Source: Lytechinus pictus (taxonomy: Eukaryota). Taken from it: a stretch of 64,000 bases of DNA. Location of the stretch: positions 27,778,001 to 27,842,000 of the forward strand of contig NC_087245.1 in NCBI RefSeq assembly GCF_037042905.1, written 5' to 3'. The translations under genes and the position numbers were made by a program. Positions 1-28,948 of the stretch are shown one piece after another; within the stretch, counting starts at the first letter, position 1; each line of letters opens with the position of its first letter. The notes below the pieces were generated by a model. The model was not told where the DNA came from, did not search any database, and saw only the letters and a list, made by a program, of their open reading frames with translations.

Positions 1-2516
1 TGACAAAAAGAACAAAATTAGAAATCGAGGTGTCAAGAAATAGCCCCCAATATTGGCATACTAATTAAGCATATCCTGTTCATTGTTATGGACAAGTAGT
101 GGTGAAAGAGTCTATTATCAAAGGGGAATCAGAGTGCAATTGAGCTTTCGAGTCTCCAGGATGAAGTAGTTTAAAGTGATTGGCTAACATTGATTTGACT
201 TTTTAAAAATCTGAGCTAGAAGGTCACACTTGTCACCTGTGTCTGTGATATGTTACAAAAATGAAGCCCAGAAAAAAATCGCATCCAAAAATCATTTAGT
301 GCTTCAAAAAGTGAAATACAAAGTGACTGGAAACACCATCTTAATTTCATCCCATACACGTGTGTTCTATTTAAGCGTCTTTAAGACACCTAATTACATG
401 ATCGAGGTTTGCCTTGTATTTTTAGCTTTTCATTCTCAATAATGGTTGTTTTCAGGGTTTTTTAGTTCTAATACATGTACTTGTACACATGTTTCATCTT
501 GGTTTGAGAATTTTTTAAATCGACTGCTCACAAAGTTAAATAATACCTTTAAGTTATCCAAAGACTAAAAATTGGGTTGAATATTTTTTTTTTAATCGGC
601 ACTCGCAATTGCAACGCAAAGCAATGAGCAGCAAACTGATTTGTTTCTTTGTTGTTGTTGTTGTTTTTTGGGGGGTGGGGGTATAAATAATAACTATAAT
701 ATATGCAATTTGTTAGGTGCCATATCCATCTCGTAAGAGATGAGCAAGTGAAGGGGAGGGGGGGGGGCAAACAAAATTACAAGTAACAGAAAATCATTGA
801 TAAAATGAGTAAAGTTAAATAAGTGAGTTAAGTTAAATCATCAAATTCAGCCCATGATGTTAATAAGGGTTAAGATTAATTTAGTACTGAATCCAAAATT
901 TAACAAATTAAATATACAGTAAAAATCAACTTATCAAGTTCATCTTCAAAGTATATGTGAACATGAAAAGAAAAAGACTGGGACATGATCCATTACTGTG
1001 ATTTGAAGTGTTGATCACTGGCTAACAAAAGGCAATATATGTAAGTTCTATCCTTCAAATACATATTTTATTATATTGACTTTTTGGCAATATATCGCTT
1101 TTAAAATAAATATTTCCAAATGAAAAAGGAATGGCAAGTTAATCTGTAAATGTGGAATATATGTAAATAAAGTGTTCGTAGATTTTTTTTCTATTTGCAG
1201 GTGGTTCTACAGCTTTCAATGCTCAAGCAATTTCCATATCTGTATTTCAAAAATGGCATTTTATAGTAGACATGTATCAAGACATTGCAAATGTTTTTTT
1301 CAATCAATATAACATTTCAGGATGGGTCAAACCAGACCTATAAAGCTTCATGCCATGAACAAAGCAGTATATTCTTGTAGATTACCATTTCACTACCAGT
1401 AAAAACTGTTTAGTGACAACAAACAACCTATATGCACTGATCCATATAACTTTACAGTTATGTAATAGACTTCATATTTCACATAAAATATTTCATCAAC
1501 ATTGATATGAAACCAAATCAGCCTTAATATGAAACTACATGTATAAACTTACATTAATGGTTCACCTGTATAACATGTTTAAGTACAGTATGGACCTTGT
1601 TAAAGAGGATTAGTATCCTTTGAGAGAGAGAGAAAACAAAAATAAAGTGTAAAGATTTTTTTACTTCAGACACAATTTCTTGACAGTTTTTAAGTGCAGC
1701 ATATGCAAGACTAGCTGCATACACATGCATACATGGCTTACATAATCTACACATTTACTTGACAAATACGAAGTATGTTCATTTTAATCAGCAACACTCA
1801 ATCAGTAATTCTGCATGATAACACAAAATAAATCATATATCTTTCTCATTTCAGCCACGTAGAACTTTGTCCTTAAGGCACGTCTTCCAAAAAAAACAAA
1901 AAAAACAATTACAACCATGTTGTCTGCTAATACATATGATCTATCAAGAACTATAATTAATCATTAGTTTATTGCAATATGTGTATCGAGTTTAAAACTA
2001 AAACATAACAATAGAAGACATACACTGAATAAAAAAAAAAAATGTTCTCGATGATAATTTCATTGAAGAAATAATGCACATCTTACATTGCAAGATGGGT
2101 AGAAATTGGAAGAAAGAAGATGGTGGTATCATCTTTATTCTGAATTGGTTGATAGAAATGGTATAAATTAAAGAAGCAAGCCAATAGTATTTTGGGTGTT
2201 CCTATAATGTCTCCCCCAATGAAATTTTAATTTGATGTCACACATCGATGTTCCTGGGGCCCGTCTTATAAAGATTAATCCAATCGATCGCAACTATGGA
2301 CGGCCAGCAACGTCAACATGTATTATTCATGTTTGTTCAAAATATTTTCTAACTATGATGTATATTCATGCATTAATTGTTTTCTTGAAAATTCACTGTG
2401 CTTCTCTTTGTTTAAAAAGGACATTGTGCAAATTTCCTATTGAAAAAATTATGACACTGATGGATTTCCATAGGGTTACGATTGATTGGATCAATCATAA
2501 CTCTTTGTAAGCCCTG

Positions 2517-2673
2517 GGGAGTGTTTCATCAACATTTTCATCCGACAACTTGTCAGATCTGACATCTTTCTCTGATGTTGATTGGCTGAGAGGTACTGTT
2601 ACTATGGTAACTGTCGGATAAAATGGGACTTGTCGGATAAAACGTCCGACAAGTCCTTTCATGAAACACTCCC
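2517..2673. mobile_element. PIF/Harbinger-type MITE
   Basis: TIRs GGGAGTGTTTCAT / ATGAAACACTCCC, flanked by a 3-bp CTG duplication (2514-2516, 2674-2676). It abuts another MITE-like segment at about 2256-2510. Confidence 0.7.
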
Positions 2674-2832
2674 CTGGATGCCTATTGTCAACAGACAGTA
2701 ATATTATTTTAAATGCCTCTGATTACAATGAAGACCAGGATCATTTACATATCTGGCATAATTTAATTTGGTATCTTTAAATCGAAACAAGAGAATGTAC
2801 AGAGATGAAGACTGAATAAAAGCCAGTTCTCA

Positions 2833-5800
2833 TCAAAACACAGCTGCTTCCTTGAGAATCAATGCTAAACAGGCAGCTAGACCACAAACCACAAACCCTA
2901 CTCCAAAATGAACGCCTACCGTCTTCATATCCTGTGGGAACAAGTAGGACGAGAATACAGTCGTAATTTCAAAGAGCCAGTACGAGATGAATAAATAAAT
3001 GGCTGTAGCAAGGGCAAAGTTCATGAGAGGGTAACCTGGTATGTAGGCGATGAGGTCTTTGGCGTTGCTCTGCAGATAGATGTGGAGTTGAGAGATGTAC
3101 GTTTCTAAGGTGATTTTACCAAGGAATGTGAAGAAGTAGAGGTAGCGTGTACGGAGCGCGGGGAACATATTACGTAGGAAGATGTAGGTTATTATGGGGA
3201 ACCAGGATATATACGGATGGATCTGGTTATAGGCATATTTGTCTTTCAACATGAATGTGCGATACCAGATGACTGTTAGAACCAGGAGGATGGCGATGAT
3301 GAATCCCTTGATGAGGATGGAGAGACGCTTGTCCCGCTTATCAATGTGCTTCTTATCGAGGTAGTTCATCCAGCGTTCGTAATGGGGATAGTTGTAGGCG
3401 CAGAGCATCCCCACAAAGCAAGCGTAGTGGTCAAGGCCAGCCCTGAACTGCCATTCATGGAGAGAGCCCCCATATGACAAGATGAACCACAATGGTCTGA
3501 AGATGTAGACTAGTAAAGGGGTGTCAAAGACAAGGGCGTTGCAGATGAAGTATGCTGCAAACTTGATGGCCATCCAGCGTGGATTCTCATTCCAGGAACG
3601 AAAGACAAACATGAAGAGGTAGACACTAAGGAACCAGTAGGTATGCATGGCACAGATGTAATATAACATGTAACTATTGTTTGTTACCATGACGACCAGT
3701 ATAACCAGAAAATTTAGGCGGAACAGCATCTTCATCATTCGCCAGAGGGTGAAGTCCTTTCGCACCCAGAAGAACGAGAAGTTACCTGGAGAGGAAACAG
3801 TGAAGTGGGCTTGATATATTGATCATTGTACACACAGGTCAATGTTCATCATTTTCTGGTTACTTGATGCCTTTCGATATATTTTGTGTAAAACATTCAA
3901 TGTAATAAATATGTATTCCATTTCCACATTTGTTCGTCCAAAGTAACAACTTATATTTTCTCCCAATGGGAGCCTAATTTTCTACAAGCTCTGCTTTTTA
4001 TTCAGGTTCCTCACTTTTTTACATTTTGTAGTGTACCTTATGTTTAAATACTTATGTTAGATATTTAATTTGATCTTTGATACACTATGTTTACGAATAC
4101 ATTTGTTATGTATATTATGTTATTTGTTTTAAAAGTGGAATTAATAAATGAATGAATACCGGTTCAATCAAAATGTACATGCTCAAACAATTGCTACCCT
4201 TCTCTAACACCTCTTCCCTTCCTCTGCATTCAATTTCAATTGCAGCAGCTCTCTGATGCTATTAATATTCACCAATTTATAGTTCATTCTCATAATAGCA
4301 ATATATATATACTAGGACAAATTGTATGTTTGCCTCCTGTAAGAGTAAAATTTTTAAATGTTAATTTTTCCACATTTCAACACTCTCTCTTGTTTCCCAT
4401 GTATTAATCTATTAAATAATTACTTAATATTAGTCATGTATTTATTTATAAATGTACATATTTGGGAATAAACCCATTTGGCCTACCTCGCCATTGGTTA
4501 TTTCAAATGTACTTTGTGTTTGAATATCAATTGTTTCCTTTACCGGTAACCTGATATCAAATATGACTTATTTATAAACAAATGAACTAAATAAAACTTG
4601 TGTTCTACTGCTTACCGAATCCGGTCATCCAGACATAGCAGGCAATGTACACACGTACCAGGTTATATGTTTCAGCTGCTTTGAAATAATGGTACCATAC
4701 AAACATTACCTGCATCCAACCTTTCCATTCCTCAGTCTGGTCTCTAATTTAAAAAAAAATGACGAGAGAAAAAAATTAGACACCCTGGTAATATAACATA
4801 AAGAGAAATGCTTAGTAGCTATAAATATTGTACATGATCATGACTTTGTGTATGTATGGATTGCCATTGATTTACAGTAACTGGTCTAATGATTTACATG
4901 TATTCTTCCATTCATAAGAAACAATTTTATTGGGTGGGTCCAATATGTACATTACATTACATTGTAGACACCACCCCCCCCCCAAAAAAAGTGCTTAAAA
5001 GTGAACATTCCATGTCATGTGCACATTATTTGCTGAAATATAAAACAAATACATGACGATTCAATACAATCACCACTTTCTTACTCCCATCATAGTGAAA
5101 CCTTGGTTATTTTTGTACAGTCGATTACAAAAAAGACAAATTTTCAACATTCACAAACTTTATGTTTGAAGTTTGAATACGTTTGAAGTTTACTATTGAC
5201 ATTTGAAAATTCTATTCTGAAAATGAAATGCAAATGCCTGACTTGATTACTGTGCGTTTACACAAGATTGTGCAAACAAATGTGCATGCATAAAGGGGAA
5301 TCTTTTAAAAATCTTTATGAAGGGCATATCGCATACTGTAAATTTGTATGGAACCACCACTTGTTTGTCTTCTTTCCTGAACTACATGTATTTTTGTCTA
5401 TAGGTATATCAGTGGTAGTGGCAGTTTTTTTTTTTAATCAGGCAGCAAGCGAAGCAAGATAATGCTTGCTTACTGTTAGCAACTTAGCAACCCGAGGACC
5501 AACAGCTGGGGTCCAAACTTAAGTCTGCCGTTATGGTAACTACCATGGTAGCAGGGCTCAAACAGCATTTTTAAAAATCAAGGTTTCCGTATATATACCA
5601 CAATCATAAATCAAAACAGTCCTTTAGTTGATAAATGCAACAACAAAAAATCATCTCTTACATGTACATGTATCTCAATTTTTTACAAGTAAATTCAGTC
5701 AAGACAATCAAATGAAATAGTAGAACATTGTCAATAAAGTGAACAGATGACCATTGTACATGACCAATGAGAATGAGATGTAATCTGACTGAATTGATCT

Positions 5801-6749
5801 CCATTCTGTGTACTATTGAGTATAAAGGGATCTAATGAAATGTGTGATTTTGGCACATCTTATAGGTGGAATCCCAATCAGTATCTTTTCCCTTTTAACC
5901 ACTCCAGTTTCTACACTGACAAAACAATGGAAGGGGGGCCTACAATACGTAAACAATACGTAAAGATAACATTTTCACTTACAGATTTTAGAAAAAAAAG
6001 TCATATCAGAATGATTACTGAAAACGATAATGGGAATATTTTAAGTTTAGCACTAACCTGTTGAGTAATTTGTCTGGACAGGTACGCACTGTGAATACAC
6101 CAGCCACTAAGAACATGAGGAGTGTGAAAAACATGAACTGGTCTCTGTTATAAACCCTCTCCCCCACAGGCCACTCGTCCCAAACCTCACAGAAAAAGAA
6201 GTACAGCAAGATCACCCCAAGCCCCATGGTGTACAGCAAGAACTTTTCAAATGTTGGCCGGGATTTCACGGTAGAGAAATTGCTTGAATTGCTCGTGTTG
6301 GAAGTGTCATTTACCTGGGGACTCTCTGCTGTGTACCCATCTTTGTTTTTTTCTTTGATAATATCTTTGCCCTCCGTCTCCTCTCTACAGGCAACACTAC
6401 CATTAGTCTCACTAGAATTCCTATAAAACCCTCTTTTGCCTTCGCTGTTCCCCATCCCATCATCATGATCATCCAGATCTTCTTGCCCGTCCTTTTCACC
6501 ATGGTCGCCTTGGTTCCCAGCTTCTGCATCAACAATGATCACAGTGGCTGGTCTTTGCCTGCGAAAGATAAAGCTGCCTGCCAGTAGAACACAGCTGACA
6601 AGCCAAAGGATGAAGAGAGTTGCCTGAGGGATGGTCACTCTCACACCACCGTCTATTGCATTCTCTTCGGGATCAACATCTCTCCTCTCAAAATCCTCCG
6701 GTCTCTTAACGTAGCCATGATGCCAGTGGCCTTTGAAGAGAACTTCCAT
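2833..6749 (-). CDS. Cas1/CASD1-family (RWA-like) multi-pass O-acetyltransferase, about 590 aa; coding exons 6058-6749, 4616-4743, 2833-3785
   Basis: GT-AG junctions join in frame: [24 protein letters not shown]...[19 protein letters not shown]...LFRLNFLV...[13 protein letters not shown]...[17 protein letters not shown]. These are Cas1_AcylT signature motifs. The start is assumed at the ATG at 6749 (AGGATGG Kozak context). An acceptor at 6773 shows further 5' exons exist. Confidence 0.9.
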
Positions 6750-9036
6750 CCTCAAATGTGATCTGTAATTTCCTGAATGTTGAAAGAATAAAGTTTACTA
6801 TGACAATGACAGAAAGAAAACTCTGAGTAGGGGGTCTTGAGTCATGTTAATACCTAGGGCCTACATTAAAATGTACATCGTGTGTAGTGTTGGATTATTA
6901 TACCATTACCAGTCAAATCAATGTCAAATGGCATGATGGGAGAAATTAAATTTCTATCTAGCCCCTGTATTCCAAATTTATTTATGTAACTTTAACATAC
7001 AAAACCTAACTCACTGTAACTTGTTTGGTTTAATAGTTTGTTAATTTGTAGTCTAATGTTACACTGTCCCAGTGCTCACCATGTCATCTGGAATCAACTC
7101 AACAAAAATTGAAGTTCTACCTGTCTCTAGTATCGTACCCACTTAGTACACCATTAAAGCTGTTAATGAAAACATTTTTGTTGTTGTTTTAAAGTATTTC
7201 TTTTAATTTATTCTTCCAGTGATATTTACAAACAGCAGTGAAATATTAACATAAACTGACAAATAATAACTTTTTTATATAATGTATTAAGGTACCAATA
7301 AAAAACTAATTCATAAACTACCATTAGTCTATTAATGGTAATACATAAATTTACAAATCAATTCAACTTGTCCAATACAGAAAATAATTAAAGAACACCA
7401 CACCCGCACATCCTTGACATCCCACACAAAAATAAATTAATGCATGTTCTTTATGTAAAACATATATTTCAATTCAAACACGAATTCAAATTGTTTGTTA
7501 TGAAATATTGATTATGGCAGCGAGTCCAAACTGCGCGTGTATCCATACTTCGCGGTCATTATCTAAAAAACTATTGATCTTTAAAATCTGACATCATGAA
7601 CGTAAAAAGCGACCTAAAGTTACCCTTGCTCTAGCCGTAAGTTTCTTTAGGATGAGTTCAGTATTTATGAAAATATTGACAAAAATGGGCAAATTTGTCA
7701 CCATTAGTGCCTGTTCCAAAGAAATCTGAATTTCTCAACAAGCATCACAATATTTTCAGAATATATATCTTCATTTTGCAAGTAGATATCATAAAAAATG
7801 TGAGTTACATGTTGTACTGACTGACTCTATAGCATTTTGCAATCAATCTGATATAAATATCTCACCTTTTGAGCTTGAATTTTTTTGTTTAAATCTCAAC
7901 AAAAACTTTTGTCCGCAAAGTTAGGTCACACTTTTTCAGAACTGATTTCCAGCAGTGCAAATTTTGAGATCAGAATACCGGTGTTACGGTGTAACCCCTT
8001 GACCTACTTCACATTTTTGTCAATTAATGATTCTATAGTTTACAATCTTTCCGTCAATTTGGTAGCTATAAATATAATATAAAAGTATTATTTGAATTGA
8101 TTTTGTATAAAATGTGATTGAATAATTTGTGAAAATATCTAAGCCTGATGAATATTTTTTAAATGTCCACAAAGTTTGAACACCCCATCATAGTCATTTC
8201 TACACTTACTAATACTAGTACTACTAGTAGGCCTACTTGCTTTTCTACTTAATTTTAAGTGATATGATGTCATCTAATATTAACAAATGGAGGCTTTGTT
8301 TGTCTGTTGTTATGTCAAACAGTAAAGTGGTAAACGGGTAGATCTAAAGTTAGGAATCTAATTTATTATTATTCTAAACACATTCACTGTACCGTACATA
8401 AATTTAAAATGATAAATTTTATGAACCGGTAATAATTAATGGCTAGCACTAGTTTAGATGTTTAATACGGTATTTTGATGATTATTGACCCGAAGTTGTG
8501 AACAAAACAAATTTCCAATATGGACAAATAAAGACGAACTTTGTCTCTCAAATTCTCATTCCCCGGGACCCCGGCCTTTTGGAAGCAGCGCTCGAGCGAG
8601 TGGGTTAGCTCTCTGCCTGCCAGGTCCCCGGCGCGTCGGGGTGCAGCCTTCATTGATTGGGCCATGGCCATGGATCCGGATCAGAGATCTACCACCACCA
8701 AGAAACACTGAACCTGAACTCTGAATTAGCAAGTGGAGTTCAGTGACCAGTAGTAATGTGTACCTAGTCATGGAAATTAAATTACGATTCACATGAATCT
8801 CGAGGTACTTAAAATTCATTATAAAATAGATCTAAGTTAGCGTTACCTTGTTCCTGTTCTTGTGCAGCAGCCACATCTTCGCTGCGCTGCGCTGCATGCA
8901 ACATAAAGATCATAGAAGCACAAGATACCGTACTGTCCGATCATAGAGCTAGAGCTAATAGCTCATGGTACGATGGTACCGAACCATGTTCTATAGCTCC
9001 ATGGTACAATGTTCGTCCGCAAATCGTGAAGGGGTA

Positions 9037-10215
9037 GATTGATTGATTTTATTCGTCAAGAATATCACAGTCCTAGATTACAAAGAAATTGAAGAATACC
9101 TTGACAGGATAGCCCATGAAAGCCAAAAGGCTTATTTCCAATGGGGTCCTATAGTTAGTATAAAACATTAAAATATTATTATTGTAACAAAAAGTATAAA
9201 CTACGACAAGTACTGGAATATGGAAGAAAAAAAAATACATACATATCCATCAGTCAAATATAATATGTCAACATCTGAAGCAAACAACAATCTTCCTAAT
9301 ATATGAAACAAGGTTATATTTTAACTTACCCTACATTATCTACAATACTAGAAACCAACTGTAGGCCTACAAAATGTGTGATTTTTACTGGTAATACTGC
9401 TCTCGAGTAGCTTCCAGTTTCTTAGGTGCTTCTTTAATGAACTCTTCAATTGAGAAAATATTTTAACTGCTTTTACTTGGTTAGGAAGAGCATTCCAAGA
9501 TTGGATGCCATTAAAATAAAAAAGTGTTCCCTATATGTCCTTCACGTTTTGGTAATACAAAATTAAAATTACTATTTCGAGTATCGTGCTTATGGATATT
9601 TGATACACGGGTGAAATTATTTGCTATATAATGATCTAATGTATCCGAATAGAATATTTTATGCACGTGGTGTAATACTAATTGTTGTGATCTGTGATCT
9701 ACATGAAGTAATCCTGCCTTTTCAAGTTTATTACATCCGACATGTGCTCTTGGTCCTAAAACAGTTATGTATCTCACAATTTTATTTTGAATTATTCTTA
9801 GCTTTTTCTTATCCGTAACACCCAGACTAATTTATACCGCGTACCAAGCCGCATTAGCATAGTCGAATAGACATTGTATTAAAGCACAGTGAAAGCATAA
9901 AATACGTCTAGACTTCATATTCAAACAGGTTTGATATCTATACAAAGATTTTAAGCGTGAATTTGCCTTTTGACGATTGAGTCTACCAAACCCGTCCACG
10001 GTAGGTTACTTGTTAAATTACTTCCCAAATATTTCTCAGAATATTTTCTGTCAATAATTACCTGATTATTATATGAAACCTTGAAATCGTGTGTATATCT
10101 TAACTTTCGTTTTAAACAAAATAAAATGCTTTCTGTTTTCCCAACGTGTAACTGAGCTTGTTGTCAGACATCCATTCAATGCAATTTGCCAAATCTGCAC
10201 TAAGTTTTGAAAAGC
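9037..10215 (-). mobile_element. Decayed CR1/L2-group LINE 3' fragment (RT C-terminus and 3' UTR)
   Basis: Frameshifted RT-like peptides (LSDNKLS, FDYANAAWY, HKHDTRNS...F.F..IQSWNALP). Minus-strand AATAAA followed by an (AATC)n tail at about 9037-9052. Confidence 0.75.
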
Positions 10216-11957
10216 GTTATTAACATGAAGATTATATTCTATTCCATCATACGATAATCATCAATGCCATCATCATGATTACCATCTTCTAGAATCTACT
10301 CCCCCCCCCCCTTTCATCATGACCATAACATACTGACCATAATTATTCATCATGATTATCAATGTTCTATATATACCATAAATTAATTTAATGGGCCATA
10401 TACCCCATGCACCTGATACTCCCGCCACCCCCCCCCCCCCCCCATGCGGGATCGAAAACCCTTACCATGGATGATCAAGGGGGCGGAACAACCAGGTCTG
10501 GAAAATTCAATTCAAATTTTAATATTCTTGCACATTGTGCCGATTAAGTATCCAAACTTTATTGAGACGATTCTCAATTGGAAGTTCACTCTGACCAAAG
10601 CTTACTGAAAAATAGCAGAAAAAATGAAAAAGAATTTTTTTTTGTTAATTAGTTTTGATAAAAATCCATCAAAGATTTAAAAAAGATATTTAAAATTTAA
10701 TCTTTTTGATGACTTCATAATGCGAGCAGCTTTCCATCTATTGCGAAGTTATTACAATCAATAAAATGCAATTTTCTAAGAAAAAGACAAAAAATTTATG
10801 TTTTTTATTGTACCTTCAATATATCAACACACAAATCATTCCGCACCCACCCCTGAAGGGAAACTGTTTTAGTCATGAATCATAACAAAATTAAATTAAT
10901 GCATTTTACATTACATGACATAATAATTATATGGGGCAGCTACTCGCGATCATATGCATCTCATATGACGTCTCAAACAACAAAAAAATTCGAACAACTT
11001 TCTCAATCTTTGATAGATTTTTCTAAAACCTGGCCGTATTCTCATTTTTGTTGTTGGTACTTTTACAACAAACTTTTCGTCGGAGTGAACTTCCCCTTTT
11101 AGTAGATCCGTATAGAATCGACGAAGTACTTGACATAGTGCCTAATCAATGCCTTAATTTCTATTAAGGGTTAATGTTTAAAAATGCTGTCAAATCTTAT
11201 GAGTTCCTATAAAAGCAATTTCGTATGAGAGAGCTAACAGAGGGAGCAGCAGAAAATATTTTTTTGGTATGACACATAGGCCTATTCTTAATATTCACAA
11301 TTTCTCAATTTTTCTGTTCTGTTCTTTATTTCTTGCTCACCTCAATTTGCCTTCCTTTAATAGATGCTACATTTCCGGGCAATTCCAAAAAATGGTCGAC
11401 CTTTTTGTACATCCAACCAGGGCCCTGCGAACGATTTTTTTTTATACTGGGGGTGCTGATGTAAATTTGAAAAGCAAAAAAAGGGGGGTTTCACTACAAA
11501 ATGGAGATAATTTTGGTTATATTTTAAGATTTTTACATATAGGCCTACATCTTCCAAAATAATTGGGGATGCACTGTCTATGGATAATAATACACGCATC
11601 ACCCCCACTTCCCAGGGCCATACGCAGCACGTCCAATTAACCTTCATTTTCTCAATTCTTATTTCACTTCATAAACTATGGCAAAGTCAAGGTCGGTCCT
11701 TTGAGAACATATTACAGACTGTCAAAAGAACAAGAAATCAGAGACAGAAAATTTCATAAAGGTCTCACACATAGGGATACGTATTAAGGCGTACATGCAT
11801 GGATTGCCCTCATTCAAAATACCAAAGTTACACACGCAGAGAGGCGCCATATAGTCGGGAGGGGGGGGGGGGGGGTTCAGGCGACCTAATTGAAAGGTGA
11901 CCTCACATTTTCCTCAATCACATGCCAGGATCGAGGCTAGGATAATGCACAACCAAG

Positions 11958-12090
11958 CGGAGGCGGCGGAACATGATCATGCAGGCTCGGAAAAAGAAAT
12001 TGGAGGGGTATTTTGTCTAGCTGCCAAACAATATAGATGCCCTAGCTAGCTCCCCTTTCATTGTATGAGCCTGACGTTCCGCCGCCTCTG
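11958..12090. mobile_element. hAT-type MITE (133 bp)
   Basis: TIRs CGGAGGCGGCGGAAC / GTTCCGCCGCCTCTG. Perfect 8-bp TSD CAACCAAG (11950-11957, 12091-12098). Confidence 0.8.
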
Positions 12091-12712
12091 CAACCAAGAT
12101 CTACCGTTTAGTGGTTCTTCCTTCTTTCTTGCTTTCTTCTTTTTCATCATAGGCCTATACTGCTAAAAAGGGACGGTCGCGCCTGCCCTTGTAACACAGT
12201 TGATTCCTAGAAAAGGAGGTGATAATAGGCCGAAGTAAGTTAAGTAATTCTTAGTAAAAATTATGTGCATGAGCAATAACGAATGGGCATTTCCCCCAAA
12301 ATGTCCGAAGTCTCACCACTTTCAAATATTCACTGAAAACCTACTTTCGAGCTTTTGTAAGTAATTATATTTTTTTTTCTCTTTTTATTCATTTATTTTT
12401 TTTTCTTCTTCTTTCATTTACTGCGCTATGAGCATCTCTTTATGATGGATAGGCCTACCGGTGTATTACTATGTCCATATCAGGACTATATGTTTCTTCA
12501 TTCTCTATAATGTATTTCACTCTTTTGCATAAAGTTTGCGCCCACCAAAGTGCCACTCTGCAATCCCCCTAACACTTTTAGATATAGGCTTTGCCTTTGA
12601 TTGATACTGTAATATTTCATCTTCAATTCATAAATTTTGAATTCTCGAGATCAGGCTGCAGAGCCTGAATAGGTCTATTGCAAAAGAAGAACCGACCCCC
12701 TCTCATCATGTG

Positions 12713-12967
12713 CATTGGCGGCGGAAGCCAAAAAATTTAGGGGGTCCACTTGAAATTTTTGGATGGACAAAAAAAAAAATGGACAAGCAAAACAAAAAAA
12801 AAGGGTATCAACCAAAATTTTAGGGGGACCACCTAAATTTTTTTGACAAGCAAAAAAAAAAAGGGGGTGTCAACTAAACACTTAAGGAGGATCGTCCCCC
12901 ACGTCAAATTTAAGGGGGACAGGTCCCCTCCCCGCCCCCCCCCCCCCCCCCGCTTCCGCCGCCTATA
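12713..12967. mobile_element. hAT-type MITE, family copy 1, just upstream of METTL1
   Basis: TIRs CATTGGCGGCGGAAG / CTTCCGCCGCCTATA. Perfect 8-bp TSD ATCATGTG (12705-12712, 12968-12975). Confidence 0.85.
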
Positions 12968-13053
12968 ATCATGTGCGAAAGAATGTTACGGAAGAAAGAA
13001 AAGTAATCTATCTTGACGCTCAAAGCTCTGTGGTAATCTGTAATCACTTCAAA

Positions 13054-27419
<14,366 letters not shown>

Positions 27420-28475
27420 CATTAAACACCTAATGCTCCAAACAAGACGTTTATTTCAACCGGCAATGATTTTACAGGTTATAAGGAGGCAATCTTATAA
27501 AGAAAAACAGGATTCCATGTATAGATTCTCTTGTGGACCTTATCATTAGACAACTAAATGCTCCAAACAATGCATCCATCCCTCCATTACAATGGCATGT
27601 CAGGATCAGTCAACTTTTATCTTGGCAAACTTGTTAATGGGGCATATTTAGCAGCATCACTAAGCCAAGAGAGGATTGCTAGGTAATGACGTCCATGTGC
27701 CCTCCTTTCTGCAATAGCACCAGTAAGGGCAACTGCCTTTAAAGACTGTGGCCCAAGAAGCATATTTCTTCAAACAATGCTTTGAAAGGTTATAAGGAGA
27801 AAATCTTGATGAAGGAAAACAGGATTCAATGCATAGATTCTCCCATGGCTGTCGGATCTTTAAAACATGCTCTAGAATTTTTATGGGAAAGGAATTCACT
27901 TCAGTTTAGTCACCAGATTTGTGTTGCATGTCTTGTCTCGTTTTTTTTTTTATTCCCACAATCATATCTCTTGAGTTGATTATTAAGCCAAAGTTGAAAA
28001 TTGACTGTCCTACCGTATTGTTGAAGCATTGATAATTTTTTGTTTTCTTTTCGAAAAAAACCCAACAGATGTTGCTAGTGGTGCTGTTTACCTGCTCTCT
28101 CTTGTCAGTAATGCCTTCATAAGCAGATGTCTAAATTGAAGTTTGAATGAAGAAAAAATCAGAAAACCAGTATAGCCATTCAGTGGAAAACTAAATACAA
28201 GTTAATCAGTTGGATATTGTTTTATACTCTGATAACCTATAAGAAGGTGAGGATCTTTCTAAGCATGAAAAATATGGCATCTTTGAGATAAATTTACAAA
28301 TGCGACTCTGAAAGTATAACTGGATGAAACTCAAGTGGTGAATATACATGTACTCCAACAGTCTTATGATTAATGTGTAAATAATAAACTCTGTTCTCGA
28401 TGTGGTATGAATGTGATATATTTTCTGTGATGTCAAAAGTCAATTTCTAAAACTGATGGGAATTGAATTAAATCA

Positions 28476-28948
28476 TTTTTGTCTTGCCTGCAGAGCAAGA
28501 CTGTAGGCACTGCTTCTCCAACGGCGGCGTCAACATTGAAATCTCAACCAAAGGTTAAGTTTTTGAAATGTCATCATAACTTAAAAAGTATAATGGACCA
28601 AGTTCATGAAAGCTAGCCATCAAGTATTACTGAAAATCCTGCCCGAGTTTCATGTCACATGACAAAGTTCAAAGGTCATTTAGGGTCAATGAACTTAAAA
28701 CATGTTGGGGGAATCAACATCAAAATCTTGTCCAAAGATTAAGTTTTTTAAATGTCATCATAACTTAGAATGTATATAGACCTAGTTCATTAAATTTGGA
28801 AATAAGGGTAATCAAGTATTGCTGAACATTCTACCTGAGCTTCAGGTGAATAATTGTGAATAATTATTCTATTGTCGTTTTCATTCAGCACTGCTGCTAT
28901 ATTTAATTGCATAATGCAGGCGAGTCTGCCAGAGGCTGTCCACTTGTT
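28476..28948 (+). mobile_element. HINE/DINE-1-like element (Helentron-associated), degenerate copy
   Basis: Starts TTTTTGTCTTGCCTGCA, has a (GGC)n tract, and ends ATGCAGGCGAGTCTGCCAGAGG...CCACTTGTT. Homologous to 40693-41324 and 44842-45703. Confidence 0.7.
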
